Positions 54,603 to 64,000 of a stretch of 64,000 nt of DNA are shown one piece after another. The notes beneath the pieces are model-generated. The model had not been told where the DNA came from. It did not search any database and was given only the letters and a program-made list of their open reading frames with translations. Origin of the DNA: Candidatus Aenigmatarchaeota archaeon (GTDB lineage: Archaea > Aenigmatarchaeota > Aenigmatarchaeia > JACPZZ01). Positions within the stretch are counted from its first letter, which is position 1, and every line of letters starts with the position of its first letter. The position numbers and the translations under genes are program-made. The DNA lies in assembly GCA_016180965.1 (NCBI GenBank), contig JACPAF010000001.1, positions 10,111-74,110 on the forward strand, read 5' to 3'.

Positions 54603-54789
54603 AATTTAATCTTAGAGTATATCATAAAAAACAACCGCTCTTGACAGTCTCCGTAGCAACCGCCGACTGGACAATACCGAAAAACGATAACTATTTATAT
54701 ACGCGCATTTACATAGATTTAGTGATTTGATAATTGAGGCTGATAAAGTCAGCTTCTGGATAATTACAACTTTTGGAGGTTGAATTTGT

Positions 54790-56436
54790 ATGGTAAATGC
54801 AACAATGGGACAGATTGGCGGACAGCCTGTATTGATATTGCCCGAAGGCGCGCTGCGCTCGACTGGAAAAGATGCACAGCGCAATAATATTGCTGCTGCG
54901 AAAGCTGTCGGTGATGCTATACGAACTACGCTAGGCCCGCGAGGAATGGATAAGATGCTTGTTGACTCATTAGGCGATGTCGTTATCAGCAACGACGGCG
55001 CCACGATTTTGAGCGAGATGGAAATTGAACATCCCGCTGCAAAAATGATGGTTGAAATTTCAAAGACGCAAGACGAAGAAGTCGGCGACGGCACTACAAC
55101 TGTTGTAGTTTTAGCTGGCACAATGTTAAAGAAGGCTGAAGAACTTCTAGACCAAGATGTCCATCCTACTGTCATAACGAAAGGTTACCGCACAGCAAAG
55201 GAAAGGGCGTTGGAAGTTGTGAGAAACATTTCGAAATCTATCTCGATCAACGACGAAGAGAAGCTTGTGCAAATCGCAACAACAGCGATGAACAGCAAGG
55301 CTGTCGGAGAAAACACGGACAAATTGGCGCGGGTGATTGTCAAAGCTGTCAAAGAAATTTCCGAAACAACTGATGGAAAAACTTTGATCGACGTTGAAAA
55401 TGTAAAGCTTGAAAAGAGGCAGGGCGGCGGGATCGTAGACACGGAATTGATAAAAGGAATTGTCATCGACAAAGATGTGGTCCATCCGTCGATGCCGAAA
55501 AAATCCGAGAATGCAAAAATAGCATTATTGGACGTTGCGCTTGAAGTCAAGGAGTTGGAAACTGACGCCGAGATAAGGATAACGTCGCCGGAGCAGATGC
55601 AATCATTCCTTGCAGAGGAAGAGAGAATGCTAAAGGATATGGTTGAGAAAATCGCCGCTACCGGAGCGAATGTTGTTTTCTCCCAGAAAGGTATCGATGA
55701 TGCTGCGCAACATTACATGGCGAAGAAAGGTATTTTGGCCTCGAGGCGGGTTAAAAAGTCTGACATGGACAAATTGGCGCGCGCCACTGGAGCGAAAGTT
55801 ACGTCAAGCATAAATGACCTGAGCTCAAGCGACCTGGGTTTCGCAGGAATTGTCGAAGAGAAAAAAGTTTCCGGCGAGCAGATGGTTTTCGTGCAGAAAT
55901 GCAAGGATCCTAAAGCGGTTACGATTTTGATACGCGGCGGTTCTGAGCATATCGTTGACGAAGTCGAGCGTGCGGTTAACGATGCTATCAAAGGCGTTGC
56001 TGCGGCTGTTGAGATGGGCAAATATGTTGCTGGGGGCGGGGCGCCCGAAGCTGAAATCGCGAGACAATTGAGAAAATTAGCAGAAAGTTTCCCTGGGCGT
56101 GAGCAGTTGGCGATAAACGCGTTCGCCGATGCCATGGAAGTAATTCCGCGCACGCTTGCAGAGAACGCGGGTTTGGATACGATCGACATGTTAGTTAAGT
56201 TGCGCGCAGAGCATGACGCAGGAAATGCGTCGGCTGGTGTGGATGTTTTGAACGGCAGGATAAGCGACATGGAAAAATTAAATGTCATTGACCCGCTGAA
56301 GACAAAGATACAGGCCATAAATTCCGCTTCGGAAGCTGCGGAAATGATATTGAGGATAGATGATGTCATTTCGGCGAGCAAGTTAAACAAGGGCGGAGGC
56401 ATGCCTGCTGGCATGCCGGACATGGGCGGGGAATAG
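54790..56436 (+). CDS. ths: Thermosome subunit (group II chaperonin)
   Basis: 548 aa. [30 protein letters not shown] motifs. GGAGG about 10 nt upstream of the ATG. Confidence 0.95.
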   Translation: MVNATMGQIGGQPVLILPEGALRSTGKDAQRNNIAAAKAVGDAIRTTLGPRGMDKMLVDSLGDVVISNDGATILSEMEIEHPAAKMMVEISKTQDEEVGDGTTTVVVLAGTMLKKAEELLDQDVHPTVITKGYRTAKERALEVVRNISKSISINDEEKLVQIATTAMNSKAVGENTDKLARVIVKAVKEISETTDGKTLIDVENVKLEKRQGGGIVDTELIKGIVIDKDVVHPSMPKKSENAKIALLDVALEVKELETDAEIRITSPEQMQSFLAEEERMLKDMVEKIAATGANVVFSQKGIDDAAQHYMAKKGILASRRVKKSDMDKLARATGAKVTSSINDLSSSDLGFAGIVEEKKVSGEQMVFVQKCKDPKAVTILIRGGSEHIVDEVERAVNDAIKGVAAAVEMGKYVAGGGAPEAEIARQLRKLAESFPGREQLAINAFADAMEVIPRTLAENAGLDTIDMLVKLRAEHDAGNASAGVDVLNGRISDMEKLNVIDPLKTKIQAINSASEAAEMILRIDDVISASKLNKGGGMPAGMPDMGGE

Positions 56437-56563
56437 AAAACCGAAGGATTTCTATTTGAGAAAATCCAAAGATTTTCTCAAAAATGTAGTATAATTTTTA
56501 GTAATTTCCTCGTTACCCGGCGATTAATAAAGTATATATTGGTAGAAAGCAAAATCTACATTA

Positions 56564-57058
56564 ATGAGCGAAACATCTGATTCTGACGAATATGAAATTG
56601 TGGCGATGACCCCTCTAAGACGTTTGGAGAGGCGGTTAGACCAGATAGAAGGCGGAACTTCTGCGAAGGAAATAAACAAACTAGTCGACGAAATGATAGA
56701 ACTGATAAAAGCCAACCAGCAGATTGTCGATGATTTGGTCCGCGCTAATCTAGATTTACGCAATGAAATTTCACGATTACCCGGAAAAATGGACGAATTG
56801 ATGGGGACGTTAAACGAATTCGTTTCTCTATTGAAGGCTGCGTCACAGGAAGAGGTTTCCGGCAATTCCAGCGAAGCCATGAGACCGCTTGCGGAAGGCA
56901 TCGGGCAATTGGTCGAATACGGCAAAAAGACCGTTGAATCAAACCAAGCGATAATAGGATCATTGGATGAAATTGACAAGAGGTTAAAGAGGTTGTATGT
57001 GGTGCCTCCGAGGCCCACAATTGGCACGACAACGAGTACACCTTTAATAAGGAGATAA
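56564..57058 (+). CDS. Coiled-coil hypothetical protein upstream of pilin genes
   Basis: 164 aa, acidic N-terminus, heptad repeats. Confidence 0.5.
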   Translation: MSETSDSDEYEIVAMTPLRRLERRLDQIEGGTSAKEINKLVDEMIELIKANQQIVDDLVRANLDLRNEISRLPGKMDELMGTLNEFVSLLKAASQEEVSGNSSEAMRPLAEGIGQLVEYGKKTVESNQAIIGSLDEIDKRLKRLYVVPPRPTIGTTTSTPLIRR

Positions 57059-57067
57059 AATAAATTA

Positions 57068-57325
57068 TTGAAAAGGATTTTTATGGCTAAGCCCGCAACG
57101 CTGAAAGAAAATGTTTTCGTCGATGTTTTTGTTGTGGTTATTTGCGCCATATTGGTTATCACTGGTTATCTGGTCATGGTTTTGATGACTACACTACAAC
57201 AAGATAACACCGCGAGGGGCGTTTTGTTGCTTGCCTTATTGGTCATCGTTTCGAGCATGATACAACTGGCTTCGTTGGCAATGCTTGGCAAGATCAGGCA
57301 GAATTTAAAGGGTGGTTCAAGATGA
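57068..57325 (+). CDS. Small two-TM protein, pilin-coupled (paralog A)
   Basis: 85 aa. Its stop overlaps the pilin ATG (ATGA). Paralogous to 57827-58048. Confidence 0.55.
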   Translation: MKRIFMAKPATLKENVFVDVFVVVICAILVITGYLVMVLMTTLQQDNTARGVLLLALLVIVSSMIQLASLAMLGKIRQNLKGGSR

Positions 57326-57816
57326 AGGGAATTACACCTGTGATCGCTTTAGTCATGTTAATGTTAATCACAGTCGGCATGGTTGGCATCGCTTATTCAT
57401 GGTTTTCCGGTTTATTGTCCACACAGACGGAAAAAGGCATTTCGATCCCGCCGGGCGGATCGTATTGCGTGGCTGGCCTGATAAGCGTTTTGATACAGAA
57501 CAATGGCGCGTCAAGTGATATTAGTAAAAATGATTTGATCATCGTACAAGTCGATGGGACTGATGTTCCATATGTTGCGGACACATTACCAGCCAATGGC
57601 GTGCTAGCTGGGGATGGCAAAACCCTGTTGGGCGACGGCTCGGATTATCCATTAATAACTTCGGGCAGCGGCGGAGTTTTCGTAAGGAATTATGACTGTA
57701 ATATAGCAGTCGCAGGCAACCCGTCAGCTCCGACAACGACTTGTGCTTCTGGTTCACACTCAGTCCGCGTCGGCACGCGTACAGGTGTGGTTGAATCCAC
57801 GGCATACTGCAAGTAA
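57322..57816 (+). CDS. Archaeal type IV pilin (class III signal peptide, Pilin_N type)
   Basis: MKG|ITPVIALVMLMLITVGMVGIAYSWFSG. 164 aa. Confidence 0.8.
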   Translation: MKGITPVIALVMLMLITVGMVGIAYSWFSGLLSTQTEKGISIPPGGSYCVAGLISVLIQNNGASSDISKNDLIIVQVDGTDVPYVADTLPANGVLAGDGKTLLGDGSDYPLITSGSGGVFVRNYDCNIAVAGNPSAPTTTCASGSHSVRVGTRTGVVESTAYCK

Positions 57817-57826
57817 GGGGAATTAA

Positions 57827-58048
57827 ATGATTAAACCGCATGAACGAAGGACCATAACCAATTCATTTGTCACGGCCGTCGGTGTTTTGTTAGTGGTTGG
57901 CGGTTACCTGCTCATAGGCGTGATGAGCGTGCTTCCGCAGGGCGACAATGTTACAAAGGCGCTGATAATGCTGGCCGTCCTAATTATAATATCATGCATC
58001 ACACAATTGGCGATGTTTTCAATGATGTCCGTGGAAAAGGGAAGATAA
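57827..58048 (+). CDS. Small two-TM protein, pilin-coupled (paralog B)
   Basis: 73 aa. Ends immediately before the next pilin ATG. Confidence 0.55.
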   Translation: MIKPHERRTITNSFVTAVGVLLVVGGYLLIGVMSVLPQGDNVTKALIMLAVLIIISCITQLAMFSMMSVEKGR

Positions 58049-58519
58049 ATGGGATATAAAAAAGGCATTACACCGGTAATCGCTTTAGTCATGTTAATGT
58101 TAATCACAGTCGGCATTGTAGGATTAGCTTACACCTGGTTTTCCGGGCTTGTATCTACGCAGACGGAAAAAGGCATTTCGATCCCGCCGGGCGGGGCTAG
58201 ATGCTACAAACAAGGCGCAAACAATTATGTTTCTGTTGTTATCCAGAACAATGGGGCTACCGCAGCTGTATCAAGAAGTGATATTATTCTTGCAACAATA
58301 AACGGCGTGGATTGTACTGCTGGAACGTCTTGGACCACTGGAACTTCTGGGGAATATTTCCCGTCCGCGGGTATAGGGCCGGGATCAGGAAGCACAATAA
58401 TGTCTGGAAGGGGAAGCTCCGCAAGCTGCGCCAACGGAACAGGCTTCGCTGCAGGAACATACCCTGTTGCCGTAGGCACACGGACCAATGTTGCACAGAC
58501 ACAGGTTATCTGCACGTAA
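58049..58519 (+). CDS. Archaeal type IV pilin (paralog)
   Basis: MGYKKG|ITPVIALVMLMLITVGIVGLAYTWFSG. The N-terminal coding part shares 38-nt and 35-nt exact blocks with 57322-57816. The C-terminal domain is divergent. Confidence 0.8.
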   Translation: MGYKKGITPVIALVMLMLITVGIVGLAYTWFSGLVSTQTEKGISIPPGGARCYKQGANNYVSVVIQNNGATAAVSRSDIILATINGVDCTAGTSWTTGTSGEYFPSAGIGPGSGSTIMSGRGSSASCANGTGFAAGTYPVAVGTRTNVAQTQVICT

Positions 58520-58620
58520 GTTCGCCGGAAGAAATTTTTTGGACGCATACGAACTAAGCTAGGGCTGTCAAAATTTTCTTCGTTATATATTTAATTTACC
58601 CGACGCGAATACTATTACTA

Positions 58621-59280
58621 ATGGCAATTAACAAAGGTCAAAGCGAAGTCGTCACTTTCGTCATGCTGGGCGGCGTGGTCGTTGCGTTAGTGGGCGCAGC
58701 TTACATGTGGGGAGCGCCGCTGACTGAGAAAAGGAGCTCATTGGCCGAGTCGGAAAGCACAGTTGCATTTTTTAACGCATTGGATTCCAGGATACAACAA
58801 ATCGCGCAGACATGCACTGGAACGTGCATCGAATCTATAGATATTTCGCCGAAAGGCGTTTTCAGCTCGTTCAATTACGAACAGTATTACAAAGGCCTCG
58901 GCGCGGGCATGGCCAACGAACTTAACAACAGCATAGTGTTAAACGTGACTGCGGCGCGCAATGTTTACGCTTTAGACAGGTGGATAGGTATTAACACCGG
59001 CAACCTGCAATGGTATGCTAACTTTGGCGAGAAGGAAGGAGTCACGATGGTCAGGATGATCAAGACGCCGAGAAGCGAATATGAGGCTGTCTACAAGTTG
59101 TGGTACAGGGAAGTTGATACGCCGAACAAGGGCTTTCTCATCGAGTTAGAAACCGGCCCTGTAAAAAGCGCGACTTCCGGAAGAATAACCATAACTTACA
59201 CGGGCCGTTTTGTGATTACCAGCGGCGCGGCCAATGGCAAGGATTTGGAAATAAGCAGGTTAAGAGTAGATTTCACATAA
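58621..59280 (+). CDS. Pilin-like protein (class III signal peptide)
   Basis: MAINKGQSEVVTFVMLGGVVVALVGAAY. 219 aa. Confidence 0.65.
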   Translation: MAINKGQSEVVTFVMLGGVVVALVGAAYMWGAPLTEKRSSLAESESTVAFFNALDSRIQQIAQTCTGTCIESIDISPKGVFSSFNYEQYYKGLGAGMANELNNSIVLNVTAARNVYALDRWIGINTGNLQWYANFGEKEGVTMVRMIKTPRSEYEAVYKLWYREVDTPNKGFLIELETGPVKSATSGRITITYTGRFVITSGAANGKDLEISRLRVDFT

Positions 59281-59314
59281 TTCTGTTTATCTTTTTCCCG
59301 ATAGAAGATATTCT

Positions 59315-59761
59315 ATGGTCAAATTTTTGCGCGGCCAATACCAAGTACTCGAACAGGTCGTGCTGTTCGGCATAGGCCTGATAATATTAACAAGCGTCTT
59401 TTCGATATTCAGCCTGCTCGGCAACAGGATAGACCTTGTCGCGGGGCATGACAGTTTCCAGGAAACGAACATGTTTTTGGTTTCAAACGCGATAGAGGCG
59501 TACGGCCAGGGGAGGTTTTTTTACAACGTGAGCATAACATTACCCGCGCCGCGCGTAATCGGCGGCAACACATATCAGATCAGTTTAAACAAGAACGGGA
59601 TACACATCAGCGCCATCGGTTCCAGCGCGTACAACACTTCTTCGGGCGTGTACAACGCAAATAACACGGCTGTAAATATGAACGGGGTTGAATTGAGCGC
59701 ACAGTCCCCATTAAAAATGATTTTTTACAACAACACGAGGGAATTTTTCCTGCGAAGATAA
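59315..59761 (+). CDS. Pilin-like protein (class III signal peptide)
   Basis: MVKFLRGQYQVLEQVVLFGIGLIILTSVF. 148 aa. Confidence 0.6.
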   Translation: MVKFLRGQYQVLEQVVLFGIGLIILTSVFSIFSLLGNRIDLVAGHDSFQETNMFLVSNAIEAYGQGRFFYNVSITLPAPRVIGGNTYQISLNKNGIHISAIGSSAYNTSSGVYNANNTAVNMNGVELSAQSPLKMIFYNNTREFFLRR

Positions 59762-59828
59762 ACAAAAAACAGTTAAGCCGGGAAACACAATAAAAATATG
59801 GGATAATTTGATCAAACTAAACTCTTTG

Positions 59829-62800
59829 ATGAGAAAAGCCGCGGCAAAAAAGCAGTCGATGCAGGAAATAACCGAAACTGTTGAAAAAAACGAGGACGCT
59901 TCGAAAGCTGTGGGAAAAATTGTTTCTAGGGCGCTTGCTGTGAAACCGGAAAAGGGGTTCGTCGTTCCGAAATCAAAAGTTCGGCTGGTTGTTAGGAAAC
60001 TCATAGGCGCATCAGGTTACAAACAGGAACGCCGGGAAAATCCGATAGAAGAAATAATTAACAACCCGCAAAAACTGAAAAAAATCGCGGAGAAATATGG
60101 CGTTTCCGAATCTTCCATAGAGGATATTTACCACAGGCTGACAAGGCTGGAAGACCGCTCACGGCCAGGCATGTCGCCCGAAGACATGTTATCTTTGCGC
60201 AACGATTTGGCATCGGTCAAATCCGCGCCGGATTTTGGAAGATTAAACGACATAGATGAAATACGCCAAAGCCTTTCCGGAATTGAAGAACGCCTTGAGA
60301 ATGGAACTTCGAGCGCGGAGGACAAATTGCGCGAGGCTGAAATAGAAAGAGACAGCCTGGTTAAATCAAAGGACGAGGTCGAACGCAAATATTACAAACG
60401 GGAAATAGACGAACAAACTTTCAAAAAAATGATTTCGGATTACGAACAACAATTGATAAAAACCGAGGAAAAAATAAAAAGTTACCGGGCGCAAGGAACT
60501 AAACTGGGAATACCGAGGCCGGGCATAAAAATGGATCGCGTGTTCGAAAAATATGCCAAAGGCTTCAAAGCGGTTTATTTTCCAGTCTACGGCCAGGCCA
60601 TGCAACAGCAGATGATGCAGCCCGTGCAAGCTGTACAGCAAAACACAGAATCTCTGCGCCCTATTATAGCGATTGAAAGCAAAAACGTGATATCAAAAAG
60701 CGTTATCGACGGGATAGAAATACCGGACATGTCCAAGAAGGCCGAGCCGATTGACGCGGAACAAATTGAAAACATAATGAACATAAATGTAGTTTATCCG
60801 CTGATTCCGAGGGCGCCCGCAAAAGGCGAGACAGTTTATTCGTACACCAACATCAAATGGGACCAGCCGGACAACGCATTAGTTTACAACGTATTCGAGC
60901 CCGGGCTGACAGCTGAGGAAAAACACATACTTTCCAAGAGCAAAGAACTTCTTGAAGAGCGGTTAAACATAGACCTTCGAAAACTCCGAAAAGCCGAGGC
61001 GGTCAGCTATCTGATGAGACAAACGGATGACGTTTTTTCATTGATGGGCATCAAATTGGACCAGAAAAGGGTCGATGTGCTAAAATATTACATCAAAAGG
61101 GACTTTGTCGGACTGGAAAGGATAGACCCGATGATGAATGACCCGAACATAGAAGACATAAGCTGCGACGGCACGAACATACCGATTTACATATTTCACA
61201 GAAACCCGCTGATAGGTTCGATAAGGACAAACGTGAAATTCACCGACCAGAGAACACTGGACAATTTTGCGGTCAGGCTTGCGCAACGCGCGGGCAAAAA
61301 TATATCCGTTGCTAATCCCCTGTTGGACGGCACACTAACAGACGGCTCGCGAGTGCAAGCGACTCTAGGAACTGATATAGCGAGGCGCGGGTCGAATTTC
61401 ACAATAAGAAAATTTACCGATATACCATTAACTCCGATTGACATGCTGAATTACGGGACGATGAATGCGACAGCGCTTGCCTACCTTTGGATGGCTGTGG
61501 AAAACGGCAAATCTGTTTTAATCGGCGGATCAACCGCATCCGGTAAAACGACTTTGTTGAACGTGTTGTCCCTTTTCATAAAGCCCAACAAGAAAATAAT
61601 TTCGATTGAAGACAGCGTGACGGGAGACTCCGAAATACTGGTTAACAGGAACGGGTCGTTTGAAAAATTGCCGATTGAAAAATTGGTTGACGGACAGATA
61701 GAGAAGTACGGCAACGAAAAAGACGTCTTCGGCACGGAGTACTGCCAAACGAATCCGGAGGGCGTGCAAACTTTTTCAATGGATACAGAAGGAAAAATAA
61801 AACTCTGCCCGGTCAGGTCCTTTGTCAGGCACCGTGTAAACAAAGACGTTCTTGAGGTCACAACAAGGGCTGGCAGGAGAATCAAAGTTACGGGTGACCA
61901 TTCACTTTTTTCCTTGGACACGAATGGGAAAATAATTCCGGTAGAAGCGAGGAGCCTGCTAAAGGGAAGTTTTATAGCGACGCCAAGAACCTTACCGCAC
62001 GATACTAGAAAGCTGGAAAGCATCAACCTGCTTTCCGAAGCAAAATATTTGGAAGGCGTGTTCGTGGAAGGGGACGGATTGAAACACATACCAATACCGG
62101 AGTTGGTGAGGGCGGGCGCGAATGGGCGTCAAAAAAATAAATGTATTACGGACGGCCTGATTCCGGTGGAAATTTTCAACAGACTTAACAACGCTGAAGA
62201 ATTTATCGACGCACCAGGCGGGCTTTCGATAAAAGCCGGGCGGGGAGGCAAGGCTGTGAAAGCCGTTCTCAAACTGACTGACGAATTTTTAACATTGGTC
62301 GGCCTTTGGCTTGCAGACGGATGTTATGACAAAAATTCCGTTTTGATATCCGCTGCGAATGACGCTGAATGTAAATACTCCATAGAGCAGGCGGCATCCC
62401 AATTGGGGCTGGACTGCAAATACCACAGCGACGGGATAACGTACATGATAAACTCAACCGTACTCAAAAAGGTGATGGAAAATATTCTCGGGATTCGCGG
62501 GGACGCGTATACGAAAAGGGTTCCCGACTGGGTTTATAATCTAGGGATCGAGCAGATTTCCTGCCTGCTAAAAGGTTATTTCAGCGGGGACGGTTCGGTT
62601 TCAAAGGATGAGATAGAGGCAAGTTCTTCGTCCATCGGACTGATTAAAGACGTACACACCATGATGCTAAGGTTGGGAATAATGTCAAGGTTCACCACAA
62701 AGATCAAGGAGCGCGACAAAACCTATAGGATCCGGATAAGCGGATCTGAAAACCTGAAGATGTTCTGCAAAAAAATCGGCTTTTTACAAAAATACAAACA

Positions 62801-63794
62801 GGAAAAATTGGCTAATCGGTCGTTGATATTTGCAAACCATACAATTACCGATGTTATTCCTGTTACGAAAGAATTTTTGAGTGCATTGGCCGAGGAGGGC
62901 GCAATTTTTAACAGCAATTCATATTGGTACGGCAGCAAAATAGGCAGGAATGCCATGGGTAAAGCTGTTTTGCAAGGCGAAGGTAAATTCTTGTCCAAAG
63001 CCGCGCAGCTTGCAAATTCGGATCTTCTTTGGGACGAGATACTGGAAATACGAAACCTGGGCAAAACAGAACTTTATGTTTATGACCTCAGCGTCCCGAA
63101 TTTCGAAAATTTTGTGTGCGAAAATGTTATAGCGCACAATACGCCTGAATTACGTTTACCGCACCCTCACTGGGTGCCCGAGGTTGCGAGGACCGCAATA
63201 TCGGACACCGAAGGCAGGAAGATGGGAGAGGTAGACATGTTTGACCTGCTAAAAGAAAGTTTAAGACAACGGCCGGATTACATAATAGTCGGCGAAGTGC
63301 GAGGCAAAGAGGCGTACGTTTTATTCCAGCAAATGGCGTCGGGCCATCCTGGCATGTCCACGATACACGCCGACAGCATATCCAAACTTGTTGACAGATT
63401 AACAACGCCGCCGATAAGCCTGCCGGGCAACCTGATACAAAACCTTGACGTCCTGATATTCAGCGACACAACCAGCTTCAAGAGCAAGAACGTCAGGAAG
63501 ATAGACACGATAATGGAAATTGTCGGATATGAAAACGGCGCGCCGGTAGGCAATGTCGTTTTCAAATGGGATCCTGTGAAGAATTACCTGCGGGTTGTCG
63601 GGAAAAGCGCGCTTCTCAAAAAAATCGCGTACAGCAACAACATGTCGGAAAAAAACGTACGCGAGGAAATTTCTAACCGTGTGAAAGTTTTGGAGTGGAT
63701 GCAGGACAAGGGGATAAACGGTTTTTCATCGGTCGCTAAAATGTTCAACTTGTACACATCGGACCCGGAAAAAGCCCTTGCCATGGTCGATTAA
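59829..63794 (+). CDS. FlaI/PilB/VirB11-type secretion ATPase (type IV pilus assembly), intein-containing, with long N-terminal coiled-coil extension
   Basis: ATG at 59829 (upstream in-frame TTG at 59808). IEDISCDG, Walker A GGSTASGKTT, split Asp box IISIED|...|TPEL, IIVGEVRGKEA, His box SGHPGMSTIHA. Confidence 0.85.
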   Translation: MRKAAAKKQSMQEITETVEKNEDASKAVGKIVSRALAVKPEKGFVVPKSKVRLVVRKLIGASGYKQERRENPIEEIINNPQKLKKIAEKYGVSESSIEDIYHRLTRLEDRSRPGMSPEDMLSLRNDLASVKSAPDFGRLNDIDEIRQSLSGIEERLENGTSSAEDKLREAEIERDSLVKSKDEVERKYYKREIDEQTFKKMISDYEQQLIKTEEKIKSYRAQGTKLGIPRPGIKMDRVFEKYAKGFKAVYFPVYGQAMQQQMMQPVQAVQQNTESLRPIIAIESKNVISKSVIDGIEIPDMSKKAEPIDAEQIENIMNINVVYPLIPRAPAKGETVYSYTNIKWDQPDNALVYNVFEPGLTAEEKHILSKSKELLEERLNIDLRKLRKAEAVSYLMRQTDDVFSLMGIKLDQKRVDVLKYYIKRDFVGLERIDPMMNDPNIEDISCDGTNIPIYIFHRNPLIGSIRTNVKFTDQRTLDNFAVRLAQRAGKNISVANPLLDGTLTDGSRVQATLGTDIARRGSNFTIRKFTDIPLTPIDMLNYGTMNATALAYLWMAVENGKSVLIGGSTASGKTTLLNVLSLFIKPNKKIISIEDSVTGDSEILVNRNGSFEKLPIEKLVDGQIEKYGNEKDVFGTEYCQTNPEGVQTFSMDTEGKIKLCPVRSFVRHRVNKDVLEVTTRAGRRIKVTGDHSLFSLDTNGKIIPVEARSLLKGSFIATPRTLPHDTRKLESINLLSEAKYLEGVFVEGDGLKHIPIPELVRAGANGRQKNKCITDGLIPVEIFNRLNNAEEFIDAPGGLSIKAGRGGKAVKAVLKLTDEFLTLVGLWLADGCYDKNSVLISAANDAECKYSIEQAASQLGLDCKYHSDGITYMINSTVLKKVMENILGIRGDAYTKRVPDWVYNLGIEQISCLLKGYFSGDGSVSKDEIEASSSSIGLIKDVHTMMLRLGIMSRFTTKIKERDKTYRIRISGSENLKMFCKKIGFLQKYKQEKLANRSLIFANHTITDVIPVTKEFLSALAEEGAIFNSNSYWYGSKIGRNAMGKAVLQGEGKFLSKAAQLANSDLLWDEILEIRNLGKTELYVYDLSVPNFENFVCENVIAHNTPELRLPHPHWVPEVARTAISDTEGRKMGEVDMFDLLKESLRQRPDYIIVGEVRGKEAYVLFQQMASGHPGMSTIHADSISKLVDRLTTPPISLPGNLIQNLDVLIFSDTTSFKSKNVRKIDTIMEIVGYENGAPVGNVVFKWDPVKNYLRVVGKSALLKKIAYSNNMSEKNVREEISNRVKVLEWMQDKGINGFSSVAKMFNLYTSDPEKALAMVD
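61614..63140 (+). mobile_element. Intein (509 aa) with LAGLIDADG homing-endonuclease domain
   Basis: Starts SVTGDSEIL (Ser1), block B VTGDHSLF, DOD motifs LVGLWLADGCYD and LLKGYFSGDGSV, ends VIAHN followed by Thr+1. Splicing it out restores the canonical IISIED-TPEL. Confidence 0.85.
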
Positions 63795-63887
63795 AAGCAA
63801 CGCTTATACGGCATTAAACACAACACTCTATGGCCGGCTGGTGTATGTTTATTATTAGAAAATACCAACTCGTTTTGCGGGGATGTC

Positions 63888-64000
63888 ATGCTGAATAAAA
63901 TTGCATTCAAGTATTTTGGAGACATAGTCAAACCCTACCTAAAACATTTCGACCCGCTGAAAGAAAGTCTGGTAAAAGCTGATATACGCGTCTCGATACA
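63888..64000 (+). CDS. FlaJ/TadC/PilC-like membrane platform protein, N-terminal fragment (runs off window end)
   Basis: MLNKIAFKYFGDIVKPYLKHFDPLKESLVKADIRVSI. Position directly after the ATPase matches the usual ATPase-platform gene pair. Only 37 aa are visible. Confidence 0.45.
   Translation, partial: MLNKIAFKYFGDIVKPYLKHFDPLKESLVKADIRVSI

Noticed and set aside
54612-56423. Long antisense ORFs inside the thermosome gene (187, 112, 121, 236 and 80 aa). Similar shadow ORFs lie inside ileS, argS, the PilT-like ATPase, the protease and the ATPase/intein gene.
   Set aside because: The sense-strand proteins have unambiguous conserved motifs. The antisense translations are low-complexity (Ser/Ala/Ile-rich) with no motifs, which is typical of shadow ORFs.

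Overview
Compact, moderately AT-rich archaeal chromosomal segment. Archaeal hallmarks: r-proteins S8e and L37e, Sm protein, Nop5-fibrillarin, thermosome, Elp3, endonuclease Q, class-III-signal pilins and bulge-helix-bulge (BHB) tRNA introns. The content fits a small-genome, DPANN-like archaeon, but that is inference only. I call about 60 CDS and 11 tRNA genes. The CDS cover translation and RNA modification, two very large sequon-rich surface proteins (one a metalloprotease), a cluster of paralogous secreted proteins, an IS6-like transposase, and a type IV pilus locus whose assembly ATPase carries a 509-aa LAGLIDADG intein. Eight of the 11 tRNA genes carry 13 predicted introns, several at non-canonical positions: D-loop, 30/31, 38/39, variable loop, T-loop. 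The most unusual signal is a dispersed family of imperfect palindromic hairpins. Their consensus is roughly AACT(A)GAARCATAYSG-loop-CSRTATGYTTC(T)AGTT, with a single asymmetric bulge near the base. In this window they occur only in intergenic DNA, overwhelmingly right next to tRNA genes (often ending 5 nt before tRNA +1) or inside tRNA insertions. One locus has four in tandem, and two copies 32 kb apart share an identical 35-nt core. I cannot assign these hairpins to any described element class. All calls come from reading the sequence and the ORF track; no searches or folding programs were run.
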